Part shown: piece after piece, positions 18,216-28,488 of the stretch
Position numbering within the stretch: the stretch's first letter is position 1
Layout: every line of letters starts with the position of its first letter
NCBI GenBank assembly: GCA_004554385.1
Contig: SFMO01000143.1
Location: forward strand, 7,051-71,050
Direction: 5' to 3'
Source: Ruminococcus flavefaciens
Lineage (GTDB): Bacteria; Bacillota; Clostridia; Oscillospirales; Ruminococcaceae
DNA length: 64,000 nt
Translations under genes and position numbers: made by a program
Notes under the pieces: model-generated
The model's database searches: none
Seen by the model: the letters and a program-made list of their open reading frames with translations, nothing else
What the model was told of the DNA's origin: nothing

Positions 18216-18267
18216 TTCGGAAACACCAATTAAATAAGAGCAAGTTGCTCGGAAAGGAAATGCACTG

Positions 18268-21200
18268 ATGAAGAAACTGCTTTCAGCAGTTACATCCGTT
18301 GCCATGAGCTTATCGCTCATGGCAGGTGCATTTGCTTCGCCAGTTAGTGCTGCGGGCGGTGATACTGCTTCGCAGCCTAAACTTAATATGGGCGGAGTAT
18401 TGGATGTTTCTGCTAATAAAAATGCCGGTGAATCTGTTGAGTGGAACATGGGCTCAGTTACTGTTGCTCCGGGACAGACTGCTACACTTCCAGTTGTAGT
18501 AAGCAAGTCTACTCTCGAAGTTGCAGGTGCTCAGTTCAAGATCAACCCTGCTTCACCTATCAAGCTCAAGTCTGTTACTGCAGGCGAGGCTTACGGTGCT
18601 AACGCTTCTTTTGACGGAAATGTTATTCTTCTTGAGAGAAGCAACGGTAAGGGTGTAGTCGCTGCAAATGATTCAGTGGTTATCAACCTTACATTCTCTG
18701 TTCCAAATGATTGTCCAGAAGGTACCTATGAGGTCAAGTCTTCAGACTTGGTTGTCACAGATGCCAAGAGTGCTGATATCACATCAAGTGTAAAATTCGG
18801 CGCAGGCTCCATCAAGGTACAGAAGGAAAACGTAAACGGAAATGTTTCATGGGTACTTGATAATGTAACAGGTGCTCCCGGTGAAACAGTTAATGTAAAG
18901 GCTTATGTCAGCGATGCTGATAACGGAGCTCTTGCTGTTGCAGGTGCTCAGTTCAAGATCAAGACAGAGTCTCCTATCGAATTCAAATCCCTTAAGGAGG
19001 GCGGAGCTTACGCTTCACCTATCTCATTTGAGGAAGACGTTCAGACATTCCTGTTCGACGAACAGTCGGGTAAGGGGGTTGTTGCTGCTGATAATGCAAC
19101 GATCATGAACATATCCTACACTATCCCATCAAACTGCCCTGAAGGAACTTACAAGGTAGCTTGGTCAGACGGTGTTGTAAGTAATAGCAAGAGCGCAGAC
19201 ATTACTTCTAAGGTAAAGTTTGTTGACGGTTCTATTACAGTCGGCAGCAAGACTTCCGACAACAAGATCAAGTGGACTCTCAGCAACGAAACAGCTAAGA
19301 AGGGTGACGTAGTTACTCTCACAGCTAAGGTTGACAACAAGTCCAATATCGAACTTCCTGTAGGCGGCGCTCAGTTCAAGCTTGAAGCTAAGAGCCCGAT
19401 CACCTATAATAAGAAGATCGCAGAAGGCAACGCTTACGGCGCTGCAATCAAGGCAACTGATGCTGACAGATTCCTGTTCGAGCTTAACGGCAAGGGCAAG
19501 GCTGCAGCTGACGGTACAACAATTTTCACAGCAGATTTCAAGGTTCCTGACAATTGTCCTGACGGCCTTTATACTGTAAGCTGGGCTGAGACATTCGTTT
19601 CAGACAGCAAGTCTAACGACGTTACAAAGGACATCATCCTTGTTGACGGTTCTATCACAGTTGGTGAGCCTGCTCAGATCAAGGGCGAAGCAACCTGGGT
19701 TATCCCAAGTGAGGTTCAGGCAGAAGCCGGTAAGTCTGTTGAGCTCGTTGCAAAGGTTAAGGGAGATTCCGAGCTTGCAGTTGCAGGTGCTCAGTTCTCT
19801 ATCGTAGGCACAGATCCTACAAAGCTTAACAGTGTAACAGGTACACCTTATGGTATGAAACTCGCAACCGATCCTGATTACAAGGCTAACTGCCTCTTCG
19901 AGAATGTAAGCGGCAAGACAGCTAAGGACGGCGATGTTCTCTTCACAATCAAGTTTGACGTTCCTGCAGGCACACCTGACGGAATCTATCCTGTAAAGTG
20001 GTCCAAGCAGTTCGTTACAAACGAGAAGAGCGTTGATATCACAGATAAGGTTACATTTATTGACGGTAGCATCCGAGTTGGTAACCCTGTTACTACAACT
20101 TCCTATGCAGGTCAAGGTACAACAACTACAACAACAACAACTAAGCCGATCAGCGATGATGCACTCATCTGGCAGATCGACACAAAGCACATAGAGTCTC
20201 CTAAGGAAGACAAAAAGGTTGACCTCAGAATCTATGTAAATGACAAGAATAACGCTAAGGTAGGCGTTGCAGGCGCTCAGTTCCGTATCACTAACAATGC
20301 AGGTATCAGCTTCGATTCTGCAAAGGGTACAGATGCATATCAGGGCACACTGAAGACTCAGACTGAAAAGAGCAAGACTCTTAACGCATTCTATTTTGAA
20401 TCCAAGGATTCAAAGAATGTTGTTGCAGCTAATGATTCCGATGTAGTTGTTCTTACATTTATTGTTCCTGCAAATACTCCTGCCGGCACATATTCTGTAG
20501 ACTTTGCTGATGGCACTCTTAACGTTACTGACGAAAAGAGCAAAGACATCACAAGCAAGATCGTAGGACTCGGCGGCGCTATTATAATCGATGGCGTTGA
20601 TCCTTTAAATAGTTCTACAACAACTACAACTACAGGTACTACAACAACAGTATCAAGTAGTTCAACAACATCAACAACTGCTCCGATTACTTCTTCAACA
20701 GAATCAAGCAGTTCAACAACATCAACAACTGCTCCGATTACTTCTTCAACAGTATCAAGCAGTTCAACAACATCAACTGTTTCTGGACCTATAACAGAAA
20801 CAAGCACAAGCTCAACTGTATCAAGCAGTTCAACAACAACTACTGCTACAACTACAGGTACAACAACAACTGTTCCTGAAGGTGCAATTCTCTGGGTACT
20901 CGATACTGTTCATGCTAAGCCCGGCGAGACTGTTAAGGTTAACATGATCGTTAAGGATCCTAATGCAGTAAATCTCGCTGTCGCAGCAGCTCAGTTCTCT
21001 GTTAATCCTTCAATCAAGGGTGAAACAGGTGCTACACTTGCAGGCGTTGGTGAAAAGTCAGGCTACGGCTCAAACGTAGTTCCGGGCAAGGATAACGACT
21101 TCAGATTCTTATTTGAAGATAAGACAGCTCACATTGCCAAGGATGGCACAGTGGTTGTAGAGCTCAGCTACAAGGTTGGTGAGAAGGCTGTTCCTGGCAC

Positions 21201-22449
21201 AGATATTGCTCTTAAGGTCAGTGATCTCTTTGCTTCAAATGGCAAGAGCGTTGATATAACAAAGAATATCATTGCAATTGACGGTCTGATCATTGTTGAT
21301 AAGCCGGATGAGCCTGATGTGTCAATAACAACAACGACAACTGTAACAGGTACTACAACAACAGTATCTGACACAGGTTCAAAGACAACAACAACTGTAA
21401 CAGGTACTACAACAACAGTATCTGACACAGGTTCAAAGACAACAACAGTATCTGATACAGGTACTACAACATCTGTATCTAACACAGGTACAACTACAAC
21501 AGTATCTAACTCAGGTACAACAACTACAACTGTATCTGATACAGGTACTACAACATCTGTATCTAACTCAGGTACAACAACTACAACTGTATCTGATACA
21601 GGTACATCATCAACAACATCATCAACAACAACTGTTACGGGTCCTGTAAGCCCGATAACATTCACAACAACTTCTAACCCATATGGTACACTTCCTCCGA
21701 TCGATGTTGAAACAACAACAACGGCTAACGGATATCTGTATTCATATGGTACGATCAAGACACAGGTTGGTTACTACTTCAGCCACGATAACGGAATCCG
21801 TGCAAATGGCGACAAGGGTGGATTCAGCCCTGAGCAGGTCGTTGAGCTCAACATCTATGATGTATTTGAAGATGGTTCAGTAAAGCTCAGAGAAGCTGTT
21901 GACATGAGCAAGGTAAACTTCGGTTTAGCTACACCTGAGAAGGTTTACAATACACGTACTCATGCTGATAATGTGAAGACAACAATTGATGACTTCAAGT
22001 ATGATGTTCCTGTAATGTATGAAAACACACCTCTCGTTAATACAAAGGGTGAGGCTCTTACAGTTCCGGTTTATATCGGTGTAAAGGGCGATATCAACCT
22101 TGATAACAAGGTTAACGCAGTTGATGCTTCAACCGCACTTTCATACTATGCTTCTTACCAGACAAACGGCAACTCAAAGACATCAGTTATCTGCCAGAAC
22201 GATAAGAACGGCCTGACAGTTACATCGCCAACGGATGATCTCGACCAGCTCGCAGCATTCCTCGGTGACGTTGATACTAATGAGTACGATCCCGCAAACT
22301 GGAAGACAACAAAGGCTGATAGAACAGTCAATGCCGTAGACGCTTCTTACATCCTCTCGTTCTATGCTGAAAAGCAGACAACAAAGGATAAGACAGCTAA
22401 TGACATCTGGAACGACGTTCTGGGTTCAGCAAGATTCGGCACAAAGTAA
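18268..22449 (+). CDS. scaB: Scaffoldin ScaB (signal peptide, 6 cohesins, X-dockerin)
   Basis: Six repeats sharing W...(A)GAQF...GxYxV...KSxDIT...GSIxV; C-terminal X module plus GDINLDNKVNAVDAS...NAVDASYIL dockerin. Confidence 0.93.
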   Translation: MKKLLSAVTSVAMSLSLMAGAFASPVSAAGGDTASQPKLNMGGVLDVSANKNAGESVEWNMGSVTVAPGQTATLPVVVSKSTLEVAGAQFKINPASPIKLKSVTAGEAYGANASFDGNVILLERSNGKGVVAANDSVVINLTFSVPNDCPEGTYEVKSSDLVVTDAKSADITSSVKFGAGSIKVQKENVNGNVSWVLDNVTGAPGETVNVKAYVSDADNGALAVAGAQFKIKTESPIEFKSLKEGGAYASPISFEEDVQTFLFDEQSGKGVVAADNATIMNISYTIPSNCPEGTYKVAWSDGVVSNSKSADITSKVKFVDGSITVGSKTSDNKIKWTLSNETAKKGDVVTLTAKVDNKSNIELPVGGAQFKLEAKSPITYNKKIAEGNAYGAAIKATDADRFLFELNGKGKAAADGTTIFTADFKVPDNCPDGLYTVSWAETFVSDSKSNDVTKDIILVDGSITVGEPAQIKGEATWVIPSEVQAEAGKSVELVAKVKGDSELAVAGAQFSIVGTDPTKLNSVTGTPYGMKLATDPDYKANCLFENVSGKTAKDGDVLFTIKFDVPAGTPDGIYPVKWSKQFVTNEKSVDITDKVTFIDGSIRVGNPVTTTSYAGQGTTTTTTTTKPISDDALIWQIDTKHIESPKEDKKVDLRIYVNDKNNAKVGVAGAQFRITNNAGISFDSAKGTDAYQGTLKTQTEKSKTLNAFYFESKDSKNVVAANDSDVVVLTFIVPANTPAGTYSVDFADGTLNVTDEKSKDITSKIVGLGGAIIIDGVDPLNSSTTTTTTGTTTTVSSSSTTSTTAPITSSTESSSSTTSTTAPITSSTVSSSSTTSTVSGPITETSTSSTVSSSSTTTTATTTGTTTTVPEGAILWVLDTVHAKPGETVKVNMIVKDPNAVNLAVAAAQFSVNPSIKGETGATLAGVGEKSGYGSNVVPGKDNDFRFLFEDKTAHIAKDGTVVVELSYKVGEKAVPGTDIALKVSDLFASNGKSVDITKNIIAIDGLIIVDKPDEPDVSITTTTTVTGTTTTVSDTGSKTTTTVTGTTTTVSDTGSKTTTVSDTGTTTSVSNTGTTTTVSNSGTTTTTVSDTGTTTSVSNSGTTTTTVSDTGTSSTTSSTTTVTGPVSPITFTTTSNPYGTLPPIDVETTTTANGYLYSYGTIKTQVGYYFSHDNGIRANGDKGGFSPEQVVELNIYDVFEDGSVKLREAVDMSKVNFGLATPEKVYNTRTHADNVKTTIDDFKYDVPVMYENTPLVNTKGEALTVPVYIGVKGDINLDNKVNAVDASTALSYYASYQTNGNSKTSVICQNDKNGLTVTSPTDDLDQLAAFLGDVDTNEYDPANWKTTKADRTVNAVDASYILSFYAEKQTTKDKTANDIWNDVLGSARFGTK
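20620..20872 (+). repeat. Ser/Thr-rich linker with 51-bp tandem repeats in scaB
   Basis: tcaagcagttcaacaacatcaacaactgctccgattacttcttcaac recurs. Confidence 0.85.
21325..21640 (+). repeat. Thr-rich tandem repeats (VSDTGT/VSNSGT) in the scaB linker
   Basis: Recurrent gtatctgacacagg / gtatctaactcagg units. Confidence 0.85.
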
Positions 22450-22457
22450 AAAATGCT

Positions 22458-22487
22458 AAAAAAGCAGGTCTTTCGATCTGCTTTTTT
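22458..22487 (+). terminator. Intrinsic terminator after scaB
   Basis: aaaaaagcaggtc-tttc-gatctgctttttt. Confidence 0.88.
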
Positions 22488-22501
22488 ACATTATATACCG
22501 C

Positions 22502-22721
22502 TTGACAAAGGTAATAATATAATGATATAATGTGTTTTGTAAGAGAAATTATACCGATGAAGAAAATAAAATAATACTAAAAGTTCATTTGAATGAAAAT
22601 ATTACGTTTCATATAGGGCTATATTGTGAAAAAGCGACAAAAAACGGGAATATTAATCGGCAATAATTTTTTGAAAAAATGTACTGTTCTGCTTGACTTA
22701 TTGGACTATGTGTGATAAAAT
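22502..22721 (+). promoter_or_regulatory. Two tandem sigma-A-like promoters for cttA
   Basis: TTGACA-18-TATAAT (22502-22531) and TTGACT-17-TAAAAT (22693-22721), both with an extended TG. Confidence 0.7.
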
Positions 22722-22857
22722 GTAGTTATGAATTTCTGGGCGGAGTATATATTTATGTATATCACGATCCCGAAATTTAGCCTAATGCATAGACGTCAAC
22801 AACATAATGTAACGTCTTGGCAAAAGGGGAATAAACATGTTAGAGAGGTATAGAACA

Positions 22858-25080
22858 ATGAAGAACTCATTATTCAAGAGAGCTATCGCAGCAGCAGCAG
22901 CTGTTCCGCTTGCTCTTACACAGTGTCTTACTTACGCAAACGCTGTAACAAATGATACTGCAATCGTTCAGGCTCAGAGCCAGGAGAGCACACTTAACGC
23001 AATTCTTGCAATCCCGGGAGATTCAACCAACTTCAATAAGGAAGGCAATCAGGTTTCTCAGTGGGAAGCAACAGCCACTTCTCTGCTTGGAGATGCAGCT
23101 GGAAAAACAGGCAGCATCAATGTTAAGCAGTATGCAGATAAAGTAATTGCAAATGCCGGCAGCTTTAAGGAAGCAGCTGATTACTTCCTTAACGATCTTC
23201 TCGGCGACGTAAAGTACACTGTACAGACAAACGGCGATATAGTTATCACCGGAAATATCGCAGAGCCAGACTGGAACAAGATTCTCAAGAACACTCCTGC
23301 TGATGCTCTCAATCAGATAGCAGACAGCTATTCTGCTTCTGGTCTTAAAAACATCGATTACTCAGACGTTAAAGTTGGCGGTGAGTTTACTATCACAGTA
23401 AAGACTTCACAGCTCCAGCTTGGCAAAGAGATATCTGTTGAGGCTGTTTATGACATAAATGGCAAGAAGTACAATCTTGGCCAGCTTATCCAGTTTGCTA
23501 ACGATACTCTTGACAAGATCGAAAATATCGGCAATGCAGAGATCGACAAGCAGGTTGCTGCTGATAAGACTGAAGAAGCTAAGAGCAAGTATGCTGCTAA
23601 GATACAGTTCATCCGTGATAAGTTCGTTAAGGCAGAAAATGCTTTAGATAAGGTACTTGCTTATTCATTCAGCGAGACTTCAAAAGATGCTTCCGGCAAT
23701 GCTGCAAAGGTTATCGCTAAGGCAAATGATTTTATCAAGTCTCACGGCTTCAACAAGCAGCTTCCTCCTACAGCTACAGATATAGCTGCTGATTCAAGAG
23801 TTGCTAATGCATTCGCTAAGATCAGCACGATCACAAACGGCAAGGCTGAGTTATCAGCTTCTGAGGTAGGCGCTTTCATCGATTCACTCGGCTACAGAGA
23901 GATCGTAAAGGACGGCAGCATTGCTAAGTCAACTCCTGCAAGTGCTGAGATCGCAAACGGCAAGGGTGAGTTCGTTGCTGCATTTGATGATAATGCAGAT
24001 GAGCAGGCTGTTCTCAAGGCTGCACTTGCAAAGGATGGCTATGATCTCGTTGGTTCTTACAAGAAGATCACTGCTAAGGTTGACTTCAGCCAGGCTAAGA
24101 AGTCTGACACGGTTGGCTCTATCAATCTCAACATTGAGAGAGTATTCGTAACAGATACAACAACTACAACAACTTCTGCAACAACTTCTTCATCTACTAC
24201 AACTACAACTACAAGCTCAGATACAACAACATCTGTAAGCACAGATACAACAACATCTACAAGCACAAACACTAACACAACAACTTCAACAACTTCAGAC
24301 ACAACATCTTCAACAACTTCAACAAGCTCAAACACAACTACTTCTACAACTTCAGATACAACATCTTCATCAACTACAACAACAACTTCCAAGAAGGTAT
24401 CTAAGGTTTACGCTAAGACAGGCTACACAACAACAGCTGCATTCTACCTCAACACAGAGGAAGAATTTAATAAGGGTCAGATCACTGGTATCGTTATTGT
24501 AACAGAGTACAATGACGGCACTAAGGAAGAGAAGACAGTTTCTGCTGACAGCATCAGCTTCGGCACAGCAACTCCTTCAAATACATACAAGAAGGACACA
24601 GCTGACTTCAAGTACAACGTACCTGTATACGTTGACGGTCAGAAGATCGCTGACTCAGAAGGCAAGGACATCACAGTTGAGGCTTACATCGGTGTAAGAG
24701 GTGACGCAAACCTCGACAGCACAGCTGATGCTGTAGACGCTTCCACAGTTCTTTCTTACTATGCTGCACTTTCTACAAACGGCAATACACCTTCAAGAAC
24801 AAAGCTTGCTGATTCAAGCAGCCTTGTAACATCTGCAAGAAGCATTTACGATGACTTCGCTGCTTACCTCTGTGATGTACAGCACGATGTTAAGTTCACA
24901 AACCTCACAGGCAAGATCGAGAGAAACAAGACTATCAACGCAGTTGATGCTTCAGCTATCCTCGACTTCTATGCAAGAAGACAGCAGAAGGAGAATGCTA
25001 ATAAGTCTGACGCAGCTATCTGGACAGAGGTCGACAAGAATACAAACAACAAGGACTCAGAAGAGAAGACAGAGGCTTAA
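22858..25080 (+). CDS. cttA: Cellulose-binding protein CttA (X-dockerin)
   Basis: Signal peptide MKNSLFKRAIAAAAAVPLALTQC, large N-terminal region, Thr/Ser linker, and an XDoc similar to ScaB's (YIGVRGDANLD..ADAVDAS); lies between scaB and scaE. Confidence 0.9.
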   Translation: MKNSLFKRAIAAAAAVPLALTQCLTYANAVTNDTAIVQAQSQESTLNAILAIPGDSTNFNKEGNQVSQWEATATSLLGDAAGKTGSINVKQYADKVIANAGSFKEAADYFLNDLLGDVKYTVQTNGDIVITGNIAEPDWNKILKNTPADALNQIADSYSASGLKNIDYSDVKVGGEFTITVKTSQLQLGKEISVEAVYDINGKKYNLGQLIQFANDTLDKIENIGNAEIDKQVAADKTEEAKSKYAAKIQFIRDKFVKAENALDKVLAYSFSETSKDASGNAAKVIAKANDFIKSHGFNKQLPPTATDIAADSRVANAFAKISTITNGKAELSASEVGAFIDSLGYREIVKDGSIAKSTPASAEIANGKGEFVAAFDDNADEQAVLKAALAKDGYDLVGSYKKITAKVDFSQAKKSDTVGSINLNIERVFVTDTTTTTTSATTSSSTTTTTTSSDTTTSVSTDTTTSTSTNTNTTTSTTSDTTSSTTSTSSNTTTSTTSDTTSSSTTTTTSKKVSKVYAKTGYTTTAAFYLNTEEEFNKGQITGIVIVTEYNDGTKEEKTVSADSISFGTATPSNTYKKDTADFKYNVPVYVDGQKIADSEGKDITVEAYIGVRGDANLDSTADAVDASTVLSYYAALSTNGNTPSRTKLADSSSLVTSARSIYDDFAAYLCDVQHDVKFTNLTGKIERNKTINAVDASAILDFYARRQQKENANKSDAAIWTEVDKNTNNKDSEEKTEA

Positions 25081-25093
25081 TTAAAGCTTAGAT

Positions 25094-25122
25094 TATCTGC
25101 CGTCGTTAAACGGCGGCAGATA
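25094..25122 (+). other. Strong intergenic hairpin lacking a U-tract (cttA-scaE)
   Basis: tatctgccgtcgt-taa-acggcggcagata. Confidence 0.7.
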
Positions 25123-25203
25123 TACAATTTAATATCTATGATGTTAGCCGCCGTATTTGCGACGGAAAAACATATATAAAAAATCTGAAAGGAAATAATA
25201 ACA

Positions 25204-26106
25204 ATGAAGACGAACACTATTAAGCGTGCTTTCGCTGCAATGGCAGTATCTGCTGTAGCACTTTCAGCAGCTGCAATGAACGCTTCTGCTGAGACAGCTG
25301 TTGGTTATACATCAACAGGTAAGGCAGCAGGTTTCACAGGCGCTTCACTTGAACTCACACAGACGACAATTAAGCTCAGCGAAGCTGGAAATGCACAGGA
25401 GATCACACTCTCTGTTAAGGGTGATGGAGTTAAGTATGACTCAACTGGTATCCACGTACAGTTTGATGACAGACTCGAGCTCGTTATGAGCGAGGATATG
25501 GGTGAAGAAGTCGTTGCTGTTGAAAAGCAGAAGTATGGTACATCCAAGGCTGTTAAGGACGGAGATAACGGTATCTTCTTAACATTTGCTAACGATACAC
25601 CTAAGACATCTAAGGCTACAGGTTCACCTATCTGGACATTCCAGTTAAAGATCAAGAATGCTTCAGCTGCTAAGGCTGGTGATAAGTATCCTATCCAGAT
25701 TGCTTACACAGACGGCGATCTTTTCGATCTTAAGGGTGACGCTAATACAGAGGCTCTCCGTGACTACGCTTTCTCTAACGTAACACAGGGCTACATCGCT
25801 ATTGAAGATGTAGTTCCAACAACAGCTTCTACAACAACTTCTACAACAACATCTACAACAACTTCTACAACAACATCTACATCTACATCAACTTCTACAT
25901 CTACATCAACATCTACAAGCACTTCAACTGCTCGTCAGTCAAGCGCTAGAGCTACAAACAAGACAACAACTTCTACTAAGAAGGTAAGCACAACAGCTCC
26001 TAAGGCTAACTCACCTAAGACAGGTGTTCCTGGTGCAGGTCTCGCTGTAGCAGGTCTTGCAGTTGCTGTAGGTACTGCATTTGTTCTCAGAAAGAAGGAA
26101 GACTAA
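25204..26106 (+). CDS. scaE: Cell-wall anchoring scaffoldin ScaE (cohesin, Thr/Ser linker, sortase motif)
   Basis: One cohesin (STGIHVQFDDRL), SPKTG at 26011-26025, hydrophobic segment and RKKED tail. Confidence 0.93.
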   Translation: MKTNTIKRAFAAMAVSAVALSAAAMNASAETAVGYTSTGKAAGFTGASLELTQTTIKLSEAGNAQEITLSVKGDGVKYDSTGIHVQFDDRLELVMSEDMGEEVVAVEKQKYGTSKAVKDGDNGIFLTFANDTPKTSKATGSPIWTFQLKIKNASAAKAGDKYPIQIAYTDGDLFDLKGDANTEALRDYAFSNVTQGYIAIEDVVPTTASTTTSTTTSTTTSTTTSTSTSTSTSTSTSTSTSTARQSSARATNKTTTSTKKVSTTAPKANSPKTGVPGAGLAVAGLAVAVGTAFVLRKKED

Positions 26107-26135
26107 TTAATTAGTCCCATCTTAATGGAATAATC

Positions 26136-26165
26136 AAAGGCTCTCCGTTTGGAGAGCCTTTTTTT
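26136..26165. terminator. Bidirectional terminator
   Basis: aaaggctctcc-gttt-ggagagccttttttt. Confidence 0.88.
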
Positions 26166-26910
26166 AATCTTTTTTAGCAGGCGGAGTCCAGTCAGTACCG
26201 CCCCAGCCGTCAACATTTGCCCGTTTCATTGCACCGAACAGCCTGTCCTTGAAACCGTGATCGTTCCGCTCCATATCCGCAAGAAAGTCTTTGGTTTTCT
26301 GGCGGTTCGTATGTCCGTCCGCAGGACAGACAGACTTTACGACAGGCAGCTCATTCTTTCTGGCTGCTCTCCGAATTTCCTTTTCGGGAGCAAGCACAAG
26401 TGGACGTATTACAGTCACATTTTTATGGGTAAGGTAGGTGCTCGGTGAAAAGCAGCCGATCCTTCCCTCCGTAAAGAGATTCATAACAAAGGTTTCCACG
26501 GCGTCATCGTAGTTGTGGCCGAGAGCGACCTTATTACAGTTCAGCTCATTGGCTGCGTCATGGAGTGCGCCGCGCCTCATACGTGCACACAGGCTGCATG
26601 GGCTGGGTTCCTTGCGGACGTCGAAAACGATCTCTGCGATCTGAGTTTTTATTACGTGGTATTCAATGCCGAGGCGCTCACAGTGTTCAGCCACAGGAGA
26701 GAAGTCCATTTTCTGATTGGTGAACCCCATATCCAGCGTAACACCGACAACTTCATAGTCTATGCCGATGAATCGCCTGAGAAGTGTAAGTCCTTCAAGA
26801 AGCACAAGACTGTCCTTGCCCCCTGAAACTCCTACAAGGACACGGTCACCGTCGCTGAGAAGTCCGTAGTTTTGAATTGCTTTTCGCATATATCCGAGAA
26901 TTTTCTGCAT
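26164..26910 (-). CDS. ttcA: tRNA 2-thiocytidine biosynthesis TtcA-family protein
   Basis: SGGKDS PP-loop, CSLCARMRRG, GHNYDD, IRPL. Confidence 0.85.
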   Translation of the reverse strand: MQKILGYMRKAIQNYGLLSDGDRVLVGVSGGKDSLVLLEGLTLLRRFIGIDYEVVGVTLDMGFTNQKMDFSPVAEHCERLGIEYHVIKTQIAEIVFDVRKEPSPCSLCARMRRGALHDAANELNCNKVALGHNYDDAVETFVMNLFTEGRIGCFSPSTYLTHKNVTVIRPLVLAPEKEIRRAARKNELPVVKSVCPADGHTNRQKTKDFLADMERNDHGFKDRLFGAMKRANVDGWGGTDWTPPAKKD

Positions 26911-27142
26911 ACCATCGCTCCAAATGCATTTTTCTTGATTATAGCATAGAAATCAGAAAATAGCAATAACTGCTGCAAAAATTTAACTAAGCGAGCAAAA
27001 GAAGGCAGCGCCCCGACGCTGATTTTTCACTTTTTTTGGAAATTTGCAAATATATCTTGCAAAGTAAGAAAAAATATATTATAATAGAATAGGTAAATTT
27101 TCGGGAGTTGTTCCGATAAAGCATTATAGAAAGGAGCGGCGC

Positions 27143-27658
27143 GTGTGCGCCATTAAAACTATGACAGAACAGCTGAAAAACCTGCTCATTTTATTGGCGG
27201 CTATTGTTGTCGTACTCATTCTTGTGATACTCCTTTTCAGCGGAAAAAGCTCTTTCAGACGTCTGCTCTCCCTGTTTCTCGAAGAACGTGAGGACTATGA
27301 GGGCGGCGACGACTCTGATGAGGGCGGTGTGCCTGTGAAGCAGCAGACACCAACTCAGCGCAGAAGAGCAGCAGTAGAGGAGAATGTTCAGAAGCGAACC
27401 TCTGAGCCTATCGTGGAAATGGCTACACTGGTGAGAAAAAGTGACGACCGTCTGAGAGTTATAGAGAGTACGGGACAGATAAGACTTGTTGACGAGTATT
27501 ATGAGCTTATTTTCGTTACAAGGAAGGGACAGAAGCTCAAAATTGAGTGCTCCGCAGAGGCTTACGAAAAGGTGCCTTTCAATCAGCAGGGCTCACTTAC
27601 ATACAAACGCAATACCCTTGTAAAGTTCAAGTACTACGAGGATACTGTTTTTAACTGA
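27143..27658 (+). CDS. Membrane-anchored DUF2500-like protein
   Basis: GTG after AAAGGAG; N-terminal TM; C-terminal YELIF...Y.......G.LTY pattern. Confidence 0.6.
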   Translation: MCAIKTMTEQLKNLLILLAAIVVVLILVILLFSGKSSFRRLLSLFLEEREDYEGGDDSDEGGVPVKQQTPTQRRRAAVEENVQKRTSEPIVEMATLVRKSDDRLRVIESTGQIRLVDEYYELIFVTRKGQKLKIECSAEAYEKVPFNQQGSLTYKRNTLVKFKYYEDTVFN

Positions 27659-27805
27659 CATCATGGGGCGGCGAAGGGGTGCTCCTTTTGGCGGATCAGT
27701 TGCATTAAAATGCTGAGCAAATATGTATGGACTCGGCAGCACGTTTTCGCGAAGGGGGCTGACTAAAGTCGCCCTATATTTGTATACATGAATGGATGTG
27801 CAGAT

Positions 27806-28477
27806 ATGGTAAACTTTAATAATGACTGGGACAGACTTCTGGAAGGTGAATTCGATAAGGAATACTATCTGAAGCTCCGTCAGACACTGATAAATGAATA
27901 CCGCACACAGCGGATCTATCCCAGTATGTATGACATATTCAACGCAATGAAGCTGACATCATATGATGACGTTAGATGCGTTATCATTGGTCAGGACCCT
28001 TATCACGGCGCAGGCCAGGCTCACGGACTGAGCTTTTCAGTCCGTAAGGGCATAGCTCCGCCGCCGTCGCTGGTGAATATCTTCAAGGAGATACGTGACG
28101 ACGTGGGCGTGGATAATCTTGGGAAACACGGTGAGCTTACAAAATGGGCGCAGGAGGGAGTGCTCCTTCTGAACTCAGTCCTCACAGTCCGTGCAGATCA
28201 GGCGAGAAGTCACCGCGGTCTGGGCTGGGAGTACTTCACCACAGATGTCATACAGCTTCTGAATAAGCGCGAAAAGCCGATGGTGTTCATGCTCTGGGGC
28301 GGCGATGCAAAGGCAAAGCAGCAGTATATAACAAATCCGAATCATCTTATACTGAAGGCAGCACATCCAAGTCCGCTTTCAGCTTATAACGGATTTTTCG
28401 GTTGCAAGCATTTTTCAAAGGCGAATGAATTTCTCCGTGCACATGGCTTGGGAGAAATCGACTGGTCAATAGATTAA
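27806..28477 (+). CDS. ung: Uracil-DNA glycosylase
   Basis: GQDPYHG, AHGLSFSV, GVLLLN, HPSPLS. Confidence 0.97.
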   Translation: MVNFNNDWDRLLEGEFDKEYYLKLRQTLINEYRTQRIYPSMYDIFNAMKLTSYDDVRCVIIGQDPYHGAGQAHGLSFSVRKGIAPPPSLVNIFKEIRDDVGVDNLGKHGELTKWAQEGVLLLNSVLTVRADQARSHRGLGWEYFTTDVIQLLNKREKPMVFMLWGGDAKAKQQYITNPNHLILKAAHPSPLSAYNGFFGCKHFSKANEFLRAHGLGEIDWSID

Positions 28478-28488
28478 CGGAGGATATT

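Noticed and set aside
20391..24392. Long Val-rich minus-strand ORFs (20391-20807, 21168-21758, 24057-24392; also 45938-46264)
   Set aside because: Antisense shadows of ACA/ACT Thr-rich linkers in scaB, cttA and the esterase.
27659..27787. GC-rich palindromic spacer before ung-metF, as a possible SAM riboswitch
   Set aside because: It lacks the SAM-I core (ATC.AGA...GAT) and looks like degenerate REP-like hairpins; too weak to call.
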